A DNA stretch of 56,342 nucleotides, from the NCBI GenBank assembly GCA_023334545.1, contig JAADVB010000113.1, positions 1-56,342 of the forward strand. Reading direction: 5' to 3'. A program made the translations under genes and the position numbers. The notes under the pieces were generated by a model. That model was not told where the DNA came from. It worked only from the letters and a program-made list of their open reading frames with translations, and made no database searches. Origin of the DNA: Salisapilia sapeloensis CBS 127946. Taxonomy: Eukaryota; Protista; Oomycota. Below, one piece after another: positions 10,737 through 21,398 of this stretch; within the stretch, counting starts at the first letter, position 1, and each line of letters begins with the position of its first letter.

Positions 10737-12481
10737 ATGGCACTTGCGAAACCTGAGTTGTGAAGAATGCGTAACATTGGTGAAAAATCAAAGTTTTGAA
10801 CAAATTCGATATGTGTCTTGCAGTCGCTTTATAGGAGAAAGATCTAGAAAACTTGACATGCATAGGCATAATTTCAGCGATAGTGATCTTCATAGAAAAC
10901 AGTAATCTTTAATCATGATGAGTAGATGATGCCGTCGATAAGCGTCATGCATGTCTTGCAGCCAGCTGGTATGCTAGAAGTTGAAGCGCTATCGTTGATG
11001 CAGCTGCCAAGTTTGAAGTCTCCATTGGAATAAGCAAGCATAACGATATGAAACGTCAGATGTGGCTGCTGCGGCCTAATCGATCAATCCAATGTTTATG
11101 CATTTAGCGATGACAGCATAATCCGGTGGGAGACGTTGCATTTTACATCCTTATTATCTCCGGCACGCTTTTAAGACAGCGAAATGAGATGCTTTGGTTA
11201 ACGCGTACTATCCTTTTGAATTTCGCGCCAAACTTGCAATAATAAAGATTTGTGGTAATCCACTAGCAATGGAAATGCGACATACTTTTCGACGATGTCT
11301 ACATCACTCCAGTTCTAGATATCCCGAACAATTTCTGCGTGCGCTTTTCCAAATCTCGGTGCACTATTCACCCATTGAGAATCTGGTCATGCGGTAATCG
11401 TGGGAATGTCGATCTTCTAGTATCAGCTGTTGGAAGCCATGTGCGTGAATAGCTCCGTATGTTAGAGGATAGCTCCGACGACATCGCATCTTTTTATAGT
11501 TAACCCGTCAGTAATCTAGCAAGTCATCACTAAAACTGGACGAGCAGCGATAGTATGCTTGTCACGTGTCTATGGATTTCATACGTCCAGATCTATTTTA
11601 GTTGGCGCTGGACGAGCAGTAGCGAAGCATAAAAGCAAGAGCCAGATACGAGGTGTACAGTGACACACTCACCTATCCGATATAGTGATTGGCAGCAAAG
11701 ATAAGATGGCATCGGAGGTGGCTCTGGACCAATTAAAAATCAAACACCCCAACCATGCTCGCACTCTATCCAAAATGACAAAGAAAGGCGACCCAGTATT
11801 ATCTTCACTATCGTATGCACTGCTTCGGTTCCGTTGGGCCATTTCCATAGCTAAGCGAAATTTGTCTTCATACAGCCTGATGTAGTTCACTGAGACCTCG
11901 ATAGATACGGATCTCGTCTAGACCACTATATTCATTCGTCTTCTGCTTACACCTAGTGCCATACACCCACGTCAGGCATGCAACGTCGATCGTGTACAAA
12001 AGGATCCGTCCTGCATCAATATCTGCATTTTTTATGCACTATGGTGCCATCATTTCAGCTAATAAACATGGTCTCTCAAGGCCCCCACGTATGCTACTTC
12101 ATCACGCCATTCACATTCAGGCGTCCACACTGTAGGCCTAGTTTATAGTCAATAGACAAAATGAGCCTCGCACAAATCGCGGTCTATTCGCCAAGTTCTG
12201 ATGGCGGCGCCAAAACTGGCTACATCCGTTTCGCTACGGTTTTTCATCTATTGAATAGCAATCTTTTGATCCGCGCGCTAAAGTGTGTCGAATTGAGTTT
12301 TGCCATGTTCGTGCGAGTAATGACAGGCGCCATTCTATGTTGTTAACATTGGTGAGCTAGCCCCTTCTTAGAAATATGTAAAACTGGTCGGACAAGAAGA
12401 CGATGACTTACCAGGAAGAAAACCTGATCGGATTTGATGAATGTTGTTGGGTTTTTTCTTCATCCAAGCTCGGTCTCACAA

Positions 12482-12497
12482 CCATTTCACAACTTTC
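12482..12497 (+). promoter_or_regulatory. INR+FPR-like core promoter upstream of the START-FYVE gene
   Basis: ccatttcacaactttc about 40-55 nt before the ATG at 12538; imperfect match. Confidence 0.5.
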
Positions 12498-12537
12498 GTT
12501 TGACTAAAGAGCGTCCTTATAACTCAAGAAATCGCCA

Positions 12538-13848
12538 ATGCAAAAGTATTTAGCCGACGGCCCATCGAGCATTGCGCTGCGACCAGAGTCCGAGGCGGTG
12601 CTGAAGGAAATGGCCGACGAGATTTTACAACAAACCATTTCAGATTTCGAAGAATTTCGAGAGAAAAGAAATCGAAATGTGGACACTGCGTATTGGAAAC
12701 CTGTCCAGCGAGTTGATCACTGGCAAATGTACCAAGATCGAAGAGCCATTCGTGAGTCTCCTCGCATGATCAAGACACCACGCGGTGGTTATTCAGTGAC
12801 TGATCCGAATCAATCGGTTCCTAAATTCCTCATCGTCGGTAAAGTGCCAGGAACGGTAGGTGATTTTCAATATGGAGATCTGACATGCCAGCCCGCGGAC
12901 TGGCACGCGCGAGCCATGTTTGTTGGAGACAACTTGGTGCATACGAAGATTTTGTGTACCCTAGAAGAGCCAACTCTTGAGAAGCCGTACCAAAGCTGTT
13001 TTATCATACGCTTGCTCATGGGCAACACCATCATTCCATTCGTCGACGTGAGGGATATCGTCATGATCTTTAGAATGGGAATGACGGAGGGAAAAGATGG
13101 TGAACAGATTGGCTACTTTATCGCACATTCGGTGGATATCCGTGAGACTTTGACAAACAACGGAGTCGTCCGAGCAAAGGGCTCGTTCTGCTACCTCCGA
13201 CGCCAGTTGGATGCCAACTTTGTCGAGCTGTACCATACTGGATATATGGCTACAATGGGATCTCTTCCGGAAATAGCATCCTCCAAAGCTGTTAGCATGT
13301 TTCTTGCAACGTCAGCGCTAGTCGGCGAGGCTGGTATATCCAGAAAGCTTCACTGGATGATGCAAAAATCTTTCCAGAACAAGTCTTCACGAAACGAACC
13401 CTCAAAGCAGGACTGTGCTGGCCGCTGTGGATCTGGAAAGTCTTGGATCAGTCATGGCATTTGCATTCTATGTCGCCAGCAGCTTTGTGGCCATTGCAAA
13501 GTGCGTCGTCGTATTATTCTTCATCTCGACCGAGATGCGCTGAAGGCTAAGAGTGTTTCATTTTGTAAGGGATGCGTCCTTGCTGCGCGTCGTGTTAGTG
13601 CAGATGTATGCATTCGCAAGGACTTGAAAGCATCGATAGGAACTTCAGCAGAGTTAACTATTGATAGTCTTGCTCTAGCTTCCAGCTCAGTATCGGATGT
13701 CAAATCGGATAACACAGAGAATGCCGTCACTCTGTCATTTGAAGAAGCTGAGTCATCTCCCAAATCCGGAGACCCCACAAACCACAAGAATTCAGATAAA
13801 AAGTTTGAAGATCGTACCTCAAGTGGGGATATCATAGCAACACTGTAA
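12538..13848 (+). CDS. Oomycete START-like domain plus degenerate FYVE-type zinc finger protein
   Basis: N-terminal helix-grip-like region (YWKPVQRVDHWQMY, IVGKVPGTVGD, GYFIAHSVD), then Cys cluster CAGRC...CILC...CGHC...FCKGC. This is the layout of an expanded oomycete family. Confidence 0.8.
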   Translation: MQKYLADGPSSIALRPESEAVLKEMADEILQQTISDFEEFREKRNRNVDTAYWKPVQRVDHWQMYQDRRAIRESPRMIKTPRGGYSVTDPNQSVPKFLIVGKVPGTVGDFQYGDLTCQPADWHARAMFVGDNLVHTKILCTLEEPTLEKPYQSCFIIRLLMGNTIIPFVDVRDIVMIFRMGMTEGKDGEQIGYFIAHSVDIRETLTNNGVVRAKGSFCYLRRQLDANFVELYHTGYMATMGSLPEIASSKAVSMFLATSALVGEAGISRKLHWMMQKSFQNKSSRNEPSKQDCAGRCGSGKSWISHGICILCRQQLCGHCKVRRRIILHLDRDALKAKSVSFCKGCVLAARRVSADVCIRKDLKASIGTSAELTIDSLALASSSVSDVKSDNTENAVTLSFEEAESSPKSGDPTNHKNSDKKFEDRTSSGDIIATL

Positions 13849-14508
13849 GCGAAGAGTGTTGCTGCGATTGCATTCCAACGGGTCGATTTCATTTGTGGTA
13901 ATGGGGTAAGAAGTGCATGCTTTAGACTTTTTGGTATGGGACATAATACATGGAGCCGACCTGTTCATTTTGAATTTGAAAAGAATATATTTCATAGTTT
14001 TGTTTGGAATGAACGCTTATCTATGCATAAAAATGGGAAGTGGAAACTTGGGCCAGATACTGATGCTAATACTGAAGCGGTATCTTTGTGTTGGTAGTAC
14101 ATGTAAGAGCTCATATAAGCGAAGCAATGGTGCAGAATGTATTTGTTCTTTCAATTCATAAGGTGGCAAGAGGTGCCTAGAAGCATGCTACGACGTGACG
14201 TTCGTTTAACTATAAAAAAAAGATCACTTTAACAGCGTTTTAACTGTATGCAGACTACTTGCAAGAGAGCACTGCAGAGGCTCATGGTACGGCGAGTACC
14301 AACAACAAGATAACAGATTTAATAGCCAATCTGGAAATACCTGAATGTTCAAGATATGTAGTTTATTTAAGGCGTTTATGTATGATGCCTCGGTTTTCGC
14401 TTTTAGATTGAAATGTGAGCTCACTGCTACATCCATGGAATCCGTTGCAAGCCATACCGTCGGAAGCAAGGCATTGGATTCTGGTCACAGGATGGTAATA
14501 AACACAGC

Positions 14509-14778
14509 TTAGTGAAGCCTTGCATGTGCATGGGCTAAGGCTTTGCTCAGGACGAGCCACCATCGCTCGGCCTTGGCACGTCGCTCATGTTCCTTCGTTG
14601 AAAATTCCGCACTTTCATCTTGGGTGACTTCTGTATCTTCATGTTCATCTTCTGCCAGGAATGTCGTCTCTAGCTTCATGTAACTGAGCCGGGCAGAGTG
14701 CTCATGTTGCTGCTTTTCAATCTTGGCTTTCATAAAGAAATGATGGCGACTTGGATTGGCAAACATACTGGCGTGCAT
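14509..14778 (-). CDS. Hypothetical small protein (89 aa)
   Basis: ATG-initiated ORF with an acidic middle and basic/aromatic end (KAERWWLVLSKAL), preceded by C/A-rich leader-like sequence. No family recognised. Confidence 0.4.
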   Translation of the reverse strand: MHASMFANPSRHHFFMKAKIEKQQHEHSARLSYMKLETTFLAEDEHEDTEVTQDESAEFSTKEHERRAKAERWWLVLSKALAHAHARLH

Positions 14779-15431
14779 CGTGCTGGGTAGTGTGTTTAAA
14801 GGCGACTCGTGCTGTTGAAAGCTAGTTGGAAATTGAAGCGTCCTGTGTATCTGTGGTCTGCAGAACGAATGTTTATCATAATAACAAAATGATTGTAATC
14901 CCTGTCCAGTCCACGTCTAATGACTTAGCAGGTGTCTATTGATCCAAGTAAATAGTTCGAAACTTGCGTGTGTTCGACAGAATGCATGCCTGTGTGATGC
15001 TCTGCTCATAAAATGGCTGTAGCGCATCCTCTAGTACTCTCTTGGGCATCCAAAGCAAAGCAAGTTTCAGTCGCTCTACAACCATTCCATGTAGCATGGA
15101 GTAGGACCAACACTCACATAGATACAACCGCTGCTCGTCACATCGTTGTGTTGAAGTCTGCCGCACGGAATGTATCTTGGAAACTTCTTCACGGATAAGT
15201 CTCCTGTCGCCAATCAATTCGGTAGTCGGCGGTGCCAAACGTACAAGACAATCAAAATACTTAGATTACAGTGTGTGTGCCGGAAGCATCTAAACACGAG
15301 AATGAGAAGCCCTTGTCATAGCAGATCTTGGGTCGATTCATTGACTACCCGTGGTAACGTGGAGTTCATTTCCGATTCGGATAGCCACTAACCAAGCGAC
15401 CTGCAGTCTACAGCATACAACTAGCTTAGAG

Positions 15432-15716
15432 ATGAAGCCTGATATCTCCACTATCAACTACGCCCGGGACCAAGCTTTTCGAAAGGCCAGAGACCGAAAG
15501 AGGCGTGGCGAACAACACGATATCGCCGGCGAAAAGAAGAAAGCGGAAGGACGCAAGGAGAATCAACCTGGCAAGTTTAACGCGGGAAGCCACGACAGAA
15601 ACGATAAAGACGAAAAGGAAGCTGTCAAGAGCAACGACGAGACCATAGCATCCCGAGGTAAAGCCGGTGCAGCTCAGACCAAGGATAAATCACAGCGTGA
15701 ATGTAGTTGTATGTAA
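15432..15716 (+). CDS. Hypothetical small highly charged protein (94 aa)
   Basis: ATG at 15432: MKPDISTINYARDQAFRKARDRKRRGEQ... Strongly K/E/D/R-rich, with no real gene on the opposite strand to explain it as a shadow. Possible GTATGT donor at the 3' end. Confidence 0.4.
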   Translation: MKPDISTINYARDQAFRKARDRKRRGEQHDIAGEKKKAEGRKENQPGKFNAGSHDRNDKDEKEAVKSNDETIASRGKAGAAQTKDKSQRECSCM

Positions 15717-16184
15717 GAGACACACTGGCGTAAAAGTGGTTGCGCAGAAAGAGCAACAAGCTGCAAAGAGATGCATTAGGGAGCTTTAACTTCCAAAACA
15801 ATCATCCGATTGTCTTCTTTGAAGCTTGAAGCATTCACGTTGTTCCAGCTTTAGTCAATCTGATGGTTCAAAGGTTCAGGCAAAAACAGTGGAAACTTTG
15901 AGTACCCCCACATCATTACTAGTCATAATTTTGAGTATATACACATCTTCCTTCTACAAAAGTTGCCTTCCCAACGTGATCTCTAGCCAAATGTAGTTCT
16001 GAGCGCCAACTTTACCTAAAGCTCATCGAAACCACCACTCGTACAAGACTGACCGAATTAGATGAACGTAGTCACATTGGTACGATTCAAAAAGAGAAGC
16101 AAGTAATTTCAACCAGAGTTATGCATTGAAAATAAATCTATGTATGTCAACTTTATAACGCGTACTCTTTCCACTTCGAGGTTA

Positions 16185-19100
16185 TCACATGCGTACATGC
16201 GTATCAGTCATATCGAGCTGAAAAGACCCGTCTTCGTTCTGGTAATGCACGAGCGATTCTAAATTCCTTGTCGACCTCCTCTCCGTCGGCCCATCCTCTT
16301 CCTTTATCGTGCAGTACACCTTTCCGTCTTCCCCAATCTCAGCTTCTGTCTGCTCGTCAATCTTGTCATCTGCATTCGACACTAGGAAGGATACAAACGT
16401 CGAGTCATTATCCTCTCGTCGCTCTTCCTCTGTCGATACAGCAACAGGCACCTCGACATGGTTCACGCTAGGTCCCGCGACGCGCTTCAAGTCCGTCATA
16501 AGCTTATTGAAACTAGACGCAAAGCCTGCACCTCCTCGTAAGAAGTGGTACAGCTCCGACCTCGCCAGCGTGTAACTCTTGTCCAATCCGATCTCCATGT
16601 CGTTCAGCACGAGTGGGAAGATCGGTTTCCCCTTATCTTCTGCAAACGCAAGTTGGTCTCGCACGAGCTCACTGCCTTGAGTGTTCTTTGAGATGAGAAC
16701 GAGGAAGGCACTACAGTGCGTAATCGCTTCCTTGGCTGCTCGAATCCGGTCCTCAAAGCTCTCTTCCCCGGTCCGACTCCGATCGCCAAAGCAAAGGACG
16801 TTATTTTGCCTCAGCTCATCATACACTTGCGATACAAAGTCGACGTGATAGTCGCCATGACTAAGAAAGACGAAGGATTTATTATTCCCGTCTTCTCCGA
16901 CGGAAAAAGAGTGGAAGAGCTTGGCAAAGCCCTTCACTTGCGGAATCGACGTTGAAGAGCCTTTATGCATCTTCCCTCGACGTTTCGTGCTTCTGCTTTT
17001 CTCCACCTCGTCTCGCACTCCGTCCAAGAGCAGTCGGAACTGAGACTGATACGCATCTCCATCGTACTCGTACTCGACCTTGCGTCCTTCCTTGAGCACG
17101 TTCGTGATGGCACTTTCGAAAGGAATGATCTGGCGAGTGTACAAGTACACTTGCAGGTCTTCATTTAAACGCGCGTGCTCCGTCGAGACAGCTAGGATAG
17201 GCGTACCGACTTGCTTGGCGAGCGCAAGTTCCTTGAGACACCAGTCCGACTTGGTGTAGTCCTCTGTCAGAATGCACAGGACGACTGCAGCACTGGAGAC
17301 ACCTCTCGCGATCTCCTCTCTCCACACGGCACCACCACCGATACCACTCGGATCCATCAAGTCCAGCCACGTCGTGACGTTCGCATTCTCCAAGCTCCTC
17401 CGCAGCTTGCACGCAAACTCGGCGTGTGAGTGCGTGTAGCTGATCATGACATCTCGCTGCCCCGCCGCCTTTTTCACTTCAAACAGCAGTCGCGTGTTGC
17501 TTGTACAGTCTAACGGCCGTTCTCCCTCCTGGTTCATCCGCATGAGGTCACCTCCACAAGCCAGGACAGCCTTGGCGGCACCTTCGTTCTCGTTGCGAAC
17601 AGCAATGTGCAATGCCGTGTCTCCCGTCTGCGGCATCTGGTAGTTCACGTCTGCACCTGCTTGGACAAGGAGCGACAGGAGCTTGTCGCTCGCGTCGGAA
17701 CAGTAAGCAGCACACACGACTGGAGTCATCTTGTCTGCGTCCGGCAAGTCGACTCGCCCCCCTTTCGAGATCAAGACCTGGAGAATGTCGGCGCGATTCA
17801 AACGTGCTGCCCAGTGCACTGGCGTCCGCCCTCGCATGTCCTGGAAGTCAACGTCTGCACCTGCTTCCAACAGCAGCTCAACGCTTTCGAATGCACCGCC
17901 GATGACGCCCCAATGCAGAGGCGTCCGGCGATTCATACCGACGTAACCGTGCTCTCCAAGACAGTTCACGTTCGTCTTTCGACGCAAAAACTTGCGGACG
18001 CCAGACACGTCGTTATCGGCACTTGCAGCGTGGAAAGGAGTGAGCGCAACATCTCCTCCCCACTCTTCTAGCTCCCGTGCGACGGCATAGTTGCCTCGGA
18101 GGTACGCTAGCTGGAGTGCGGACAGAGTGTTTTCATGTCCTGGATCTGGGATCACAAGGTGCTTGGCGCCTCGATGCAAGAGGAGACGGACGACCTCTGG
18201 GTGCTCTGCCATAAACAAAGGCGGCACGCGTTCGTTGCGCTTATTCGATCGAGCGCGTGGGTCCACCTCTGCTCCATGGTCGAGCAGCCACTCGGCAGCC
18301 TTGAGCTGTCCCGTGGCGACGGCACAGTGCAAAGGCGAGACGAGCGTCGTCTTAAAGGTGGATGCGCCTGCCATGTCCTCATCGTCATCTCCAGGACGCG
18401 AGACGAAGCAGTTGGCAAAGCTCCAGAACAAATCGCCTGTACTAAAGCGCATGCGAGAGAACTTGTCTAGTGCGTCGACACGGAATCCTCTCGACAAGAG
18501 TAGTTCCATGGCCTCGATGTTGCCCTGATAGGCAGCTACATGCATTGGATTCTTCTTGGAAGCTCCGACGATGCCAAAGTACAGCTTCGGCTCGGCGTAC
18601 CATGTCGATGGGAAGCCTCTCGTGTCCAATCCACTGGTGTGCGCTAGATCCAACGCCTTTTGCATCTCCCGCAAGTCTCCTAGTCTCGTGGCGCTGTAGA
18701 GTTTCTTCCGGATCGTCTGCCGCAGGACATCTCCTTTGCTCAGCAACGGATCGACGCCTCGGTCCATAACGTGATGCCGGACGTCTCCCGTCTGGTCTCC
18801 TTCTTGAAACGCACCTAGCTGCATTTTTACATGCTCTCGGAAACGAGCAAAGAGGACGAGCTCTGCAAAGACGCTAAAGTAGCACAGGACGGCGACGATG
18901 GCGAAGATAAAGACGGACGCGTTGTCGCAGTGGAAGGCGCCGCCGTTGAAGAACATGTAGAAGAAGAAGACAGCGATGAGAACGAGGTACGTGCATGTGA
19001 TCGCGGCGAAGACTTCACATGCCTGGAAAAAGAGCGTGCGTTTGATCTTGTGTCGATTGCCGGTTGGGTCGACTAGCTGTGTGCGCTTAAACGGTTCCAG

Positions 19101-19676
19101 CGCACGTAGGCCGGATGCAGGCAGAGCGAGGAGAATGACTAGCGGGATCGAGTGATAGACGAGAGCCGAGAAGCCGATCATATTGGCACATGCACTCGCT
19201 CGGAAGGTGTATACGTCGGACGGGTTGTCCAGTACGAAGCCATCTAGACCGTCCTTCCTCAGTCCAACGCCTTCGACTTGGACCGTATAGTAGACGAGTA
19301 CGCCGGCCACCATGACGAGTGCGAGCCAGAAGGCGAGTCGAAGCAGTCGTTTGGCAAAGAAGGAGTTTTTATAGGCAGCGTAGCTAAGAAAGTAACGAGG
19401 TATGGGCGGCTCTTTTCCTAGGAGCTCTTCTCGCATCGAACTAGTGTCTTTCTTGCCCAGTCCGAGAGGTACGGTACGAGGCGTTTGGTCTCGCCCACCA
19501 TGGGTCTGTCTCTGTATAGAAGCGTCGGCCGAGATGAGGTTTGTCTGGTGCTGAATCACGTCAATCGGGACGTCCGACCTCGTGCTCGTGCTCGAGAGCG
19601 ACTGGTCGAGTTGGGGTCGACTGCCATCCGATTCGTACCGTACGAAGTGCGTTTGTACGTTGCGACCGTTCTCCAT
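16185..19676 (-). CDS. Four-transmembrane, ankyrin-repeat, tandem TIR-domain protein
   Basis: Four hydrophobic helices (LAFWLALVMVAGVLVYYTV; IGFSALVYHSIPLVILLALPA; VFAAITCTYLVLIAVFFFYMFF; VFIFAIVAVLCYFSVFAELVLF). About 9 ankyrin repeats (NPMHVAA, SPLHCAV, TPFHAAS, TPLHWGV, TPVHWAA, TALHIAV). TIR1 DVMISY...WLD...WCLKEL; TIR2 FVFLSH...LVRDQL...KPIFPL. Intronless; ATG at 19676. Confidence 0.9.
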   Translation of the reverse strand: MENGRNVQTHFVRYESDGSRPQLDQSLSSTSTRSDVPIDVIQHQTNLISADASIQRQTHGGRDQTPRTVPLGLGKKDTSSMREELLGKEPPIPRYFLSYAAYKNSFFAKRLLRLAFWLALVMVAGVLVYYTVQVEGVGLRKDGLDGFVLDNPSDVYTFRASACANMIGFSALVYHSIPLVILLALPASGLRALEPFKRTQLVDPTGNRHKIKRTLFFQACEVFAAITCTYLVLIAVFFFYMFFNGGAFHCDNASVFIFAIVAVLCYFSVFAELVLFARFREHVKMQLGAFQEGDQTGDVRHHVMDRGVDPLLSKGDVLRQTIRKKLYSATRLGDLREMQKALDLAHTSGLDTRGFPSTWYAEPKLYFGIVGASKKNPMHVAAYQGNIEAMELLLSRGFRVDALDKFSRMRFSTGDLFWSFANCFVSRPGDDDEDMAGASTFKTTLVSPLHCAVATGQLKAAEWLLDHGAEVDPRARSNKRNERVPPLFMAEHPEVVRLLLHRGAKHLVIPDPGHENTLSALQLAYLRGNYAVARELEEWGGDVALTPFHAASADNDVSGVRKFLRRKTNVNCLGEHGYVGMNRRTPLHWGVIGGAFESVELLLEAGADVDFQDMRGRTPVHWAARLNRADILQVLISKGGRVDLPDADKMTPVVCAAYCSDASDKLLSLLVQAGADVNYQMPQTGDTALHIAVRNENEGAAKAVLACGGDLMRMNQEGERPLDCTSNTRLLFEVKKAAGQRDVMISYTHSHAEFACKLRRSLENANVTTWLDLMDPSGIGGGAVWREEIARGVSSAAVVLCILTEDYTKSDWCLKELALAKQVGTPILAVSTEHARLNEDLQVYLYTRQIIPFESAITNVLKEGRKVEYEYDGDAYQSQFRLLLDGVRDEVEKSRSTKRRGKMHKGSSTSIPQVKGFAKLFHSFSVGEDGNNKSFVFLSHGDYHVDFVSQVYDELRQNNVLCFGDRSRTGEESFEDRIRAAKEAITHCSAFLVLISKNTQGSELVRDQLAFAEDKGKPIFPLVLNDMEIGLDKSYTLARSELYHFLRGGAGFASSFNKLMTDLKRVAGPSVNHVEVPVAVSTEEERREDNDSTFVSFLVSNADDKIDEQTEAEIGEDGKVYCTIKEEDGPTERRSTRNLESLVHYQNEDGSFQLDMTDTHVRM

Positions 19677-21398
19677 GCTCGCTCGGATGACGGAATGAAG
19701 CACCCGAGGACGTGTGCGCTAGTGGAAGCCTATAAAATTATGCAAGTAGATCGAGTCGTCACCTAACTCGGGAGTCGATAGCAGATGGTAGGAAGAATCC
19801 ACTTGCTACTTGTACCAAGAGAGTACAAATGAGTACGAACGACTTTTCCAACACGCTGCAGCGGATGGACGTGGCGAGTATAATCTGGGTTGGAAGTTTT
19901 TATGTGTTGGAGATACGAGGTCGAAGATGGAAGGAAGAGCGGTTGAATTTTTAAAAGTGTTCTATATCTAGATGAGAGGCAGTGTCTCCACCTAGCCTCG
20001 CGCGTGGTACAGTACGTAGGTGGGATTCGGTCGTTTGTGATGGTGTAGATCCTCACCGTGCTATGTAACTGTTTGCAGGAGAGGAAGGCGGTGTATCGAG
20101 TTAGTAGTAGCTGCTGACGCAATTAGCGACCTTTGTCTAGTGGCATATCAAGTCTCAGATCGAGTTCATGATTCTTCCAGGTGCACTGCATGATCACAGT
20201 GGGAGTAGGAAGTATCCATTGGCAAATCCAATGGTAACTGTAGAAACTTCCTTGTGTGAAGAGCCTGTTTAGCTCTGGAAAAGTCCATTAGCTACGACCA
20301 TAGACACAGGTTAGATATGCGTTACATCTCATCGAAATGGTCTTCCCTACGAGTCCCAGTAGTCGTCTCCGTGGCTGGGGTGAGTGCGACACCTGAATGA
20401 CGATTGCAACCATTAATCCGTTATCTAGGTGCAGGTGGTAGCCCGATTGTAAATCGCGAAAGCTACTTGTTCTAAATCGCAGCCGACGATGGGTTGCATC
20501 GGGCGACGGAGATTTTGATGGGTTCTCCATCGACAATAAAAAGCGTCCACTTGGCGTTGCTTCTCTCTTGCTTATAAAAATGGATAACTTTTATCTCGGT
20601 GTATGGAAACATGGAATGAAGTGCTCTCATACCACGATTGTTACGAGGGCATGTCAAATGCAAATTGGAACTCCGAGATACCAGAATTCTGAGCTTCGTA
20701 AAGATCACCGTGTGACCGAGTATTTTGTTTCCACTTCTAAAGCGCAATGGATAGTTTGACGAGTTGTAAATGCCTTTGGTGGAGCCATTCATGGATACGT
20801 CGACGCAGTTGTACACTGGATACAAGCACCTTTGGTCTTGTTTTTATCTGCTTAGGTGGACAGTAGTGTATCCGTAGATTGCATGCAAGGCTGCTCTCTA
20901 ACTCAACAGTGTTTAAAGCTCATATAATGTCTTTCATGGGATCTTTTTCGTATACTAGTTTCTGGCATGTACGTCGACGATCAAGTATCGAACCTGTGCT
21001 TCCGTACCACCACAAGCTTAAATGCAGGATTAAAATTCGCTGTGCACTTGAACCCACTGTATCATCAGAACAAACATCCTCTCACACATCACTTCAAGTG
21101 CAAATCACTACCAACGTACTTGATTTTGTCAGCAATCACATTAAGTCGTGCTTCCTTCCGACCCTATTAACTGTCCATCATGCTACTCCCAATCGAGACC
21201 ATCGACCACCTCTTACTCGTCCATAATCCAAATTCGACTCTACTCTTCCTACGTTCAAGATAAAACGAAATCAAGTGCAACGCAATCGATATTCTTGTCA
21301 ATCAAAACTGAGATTCTCGTGTGTATTGTGCTCCCAAGTGCACCAAACCAAACAGGAAAAAACTTGTCTTTCTACGTGATGTCATGCAATTGAACGTC

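Noticed and set aside
11368-11385. SPIENL, reminiscent of the Tc1/mariner LNPIENLW motif
   Set aside because: Six-residue match with no flanking SPDL, Trp or DDE context.
11669-11890. 73-aa minus ORF with a protein-like start (YEDKFRLAMEMAQRNR)
   Set aside because: GTG start, no recognisable domain, and no convincing splice model found.
20216-20234. 7-bp stem hairpin ccattgg-caaat-ccaatgg
   Set aside because: Short enough to be chance; no U-tract or RNA family context.
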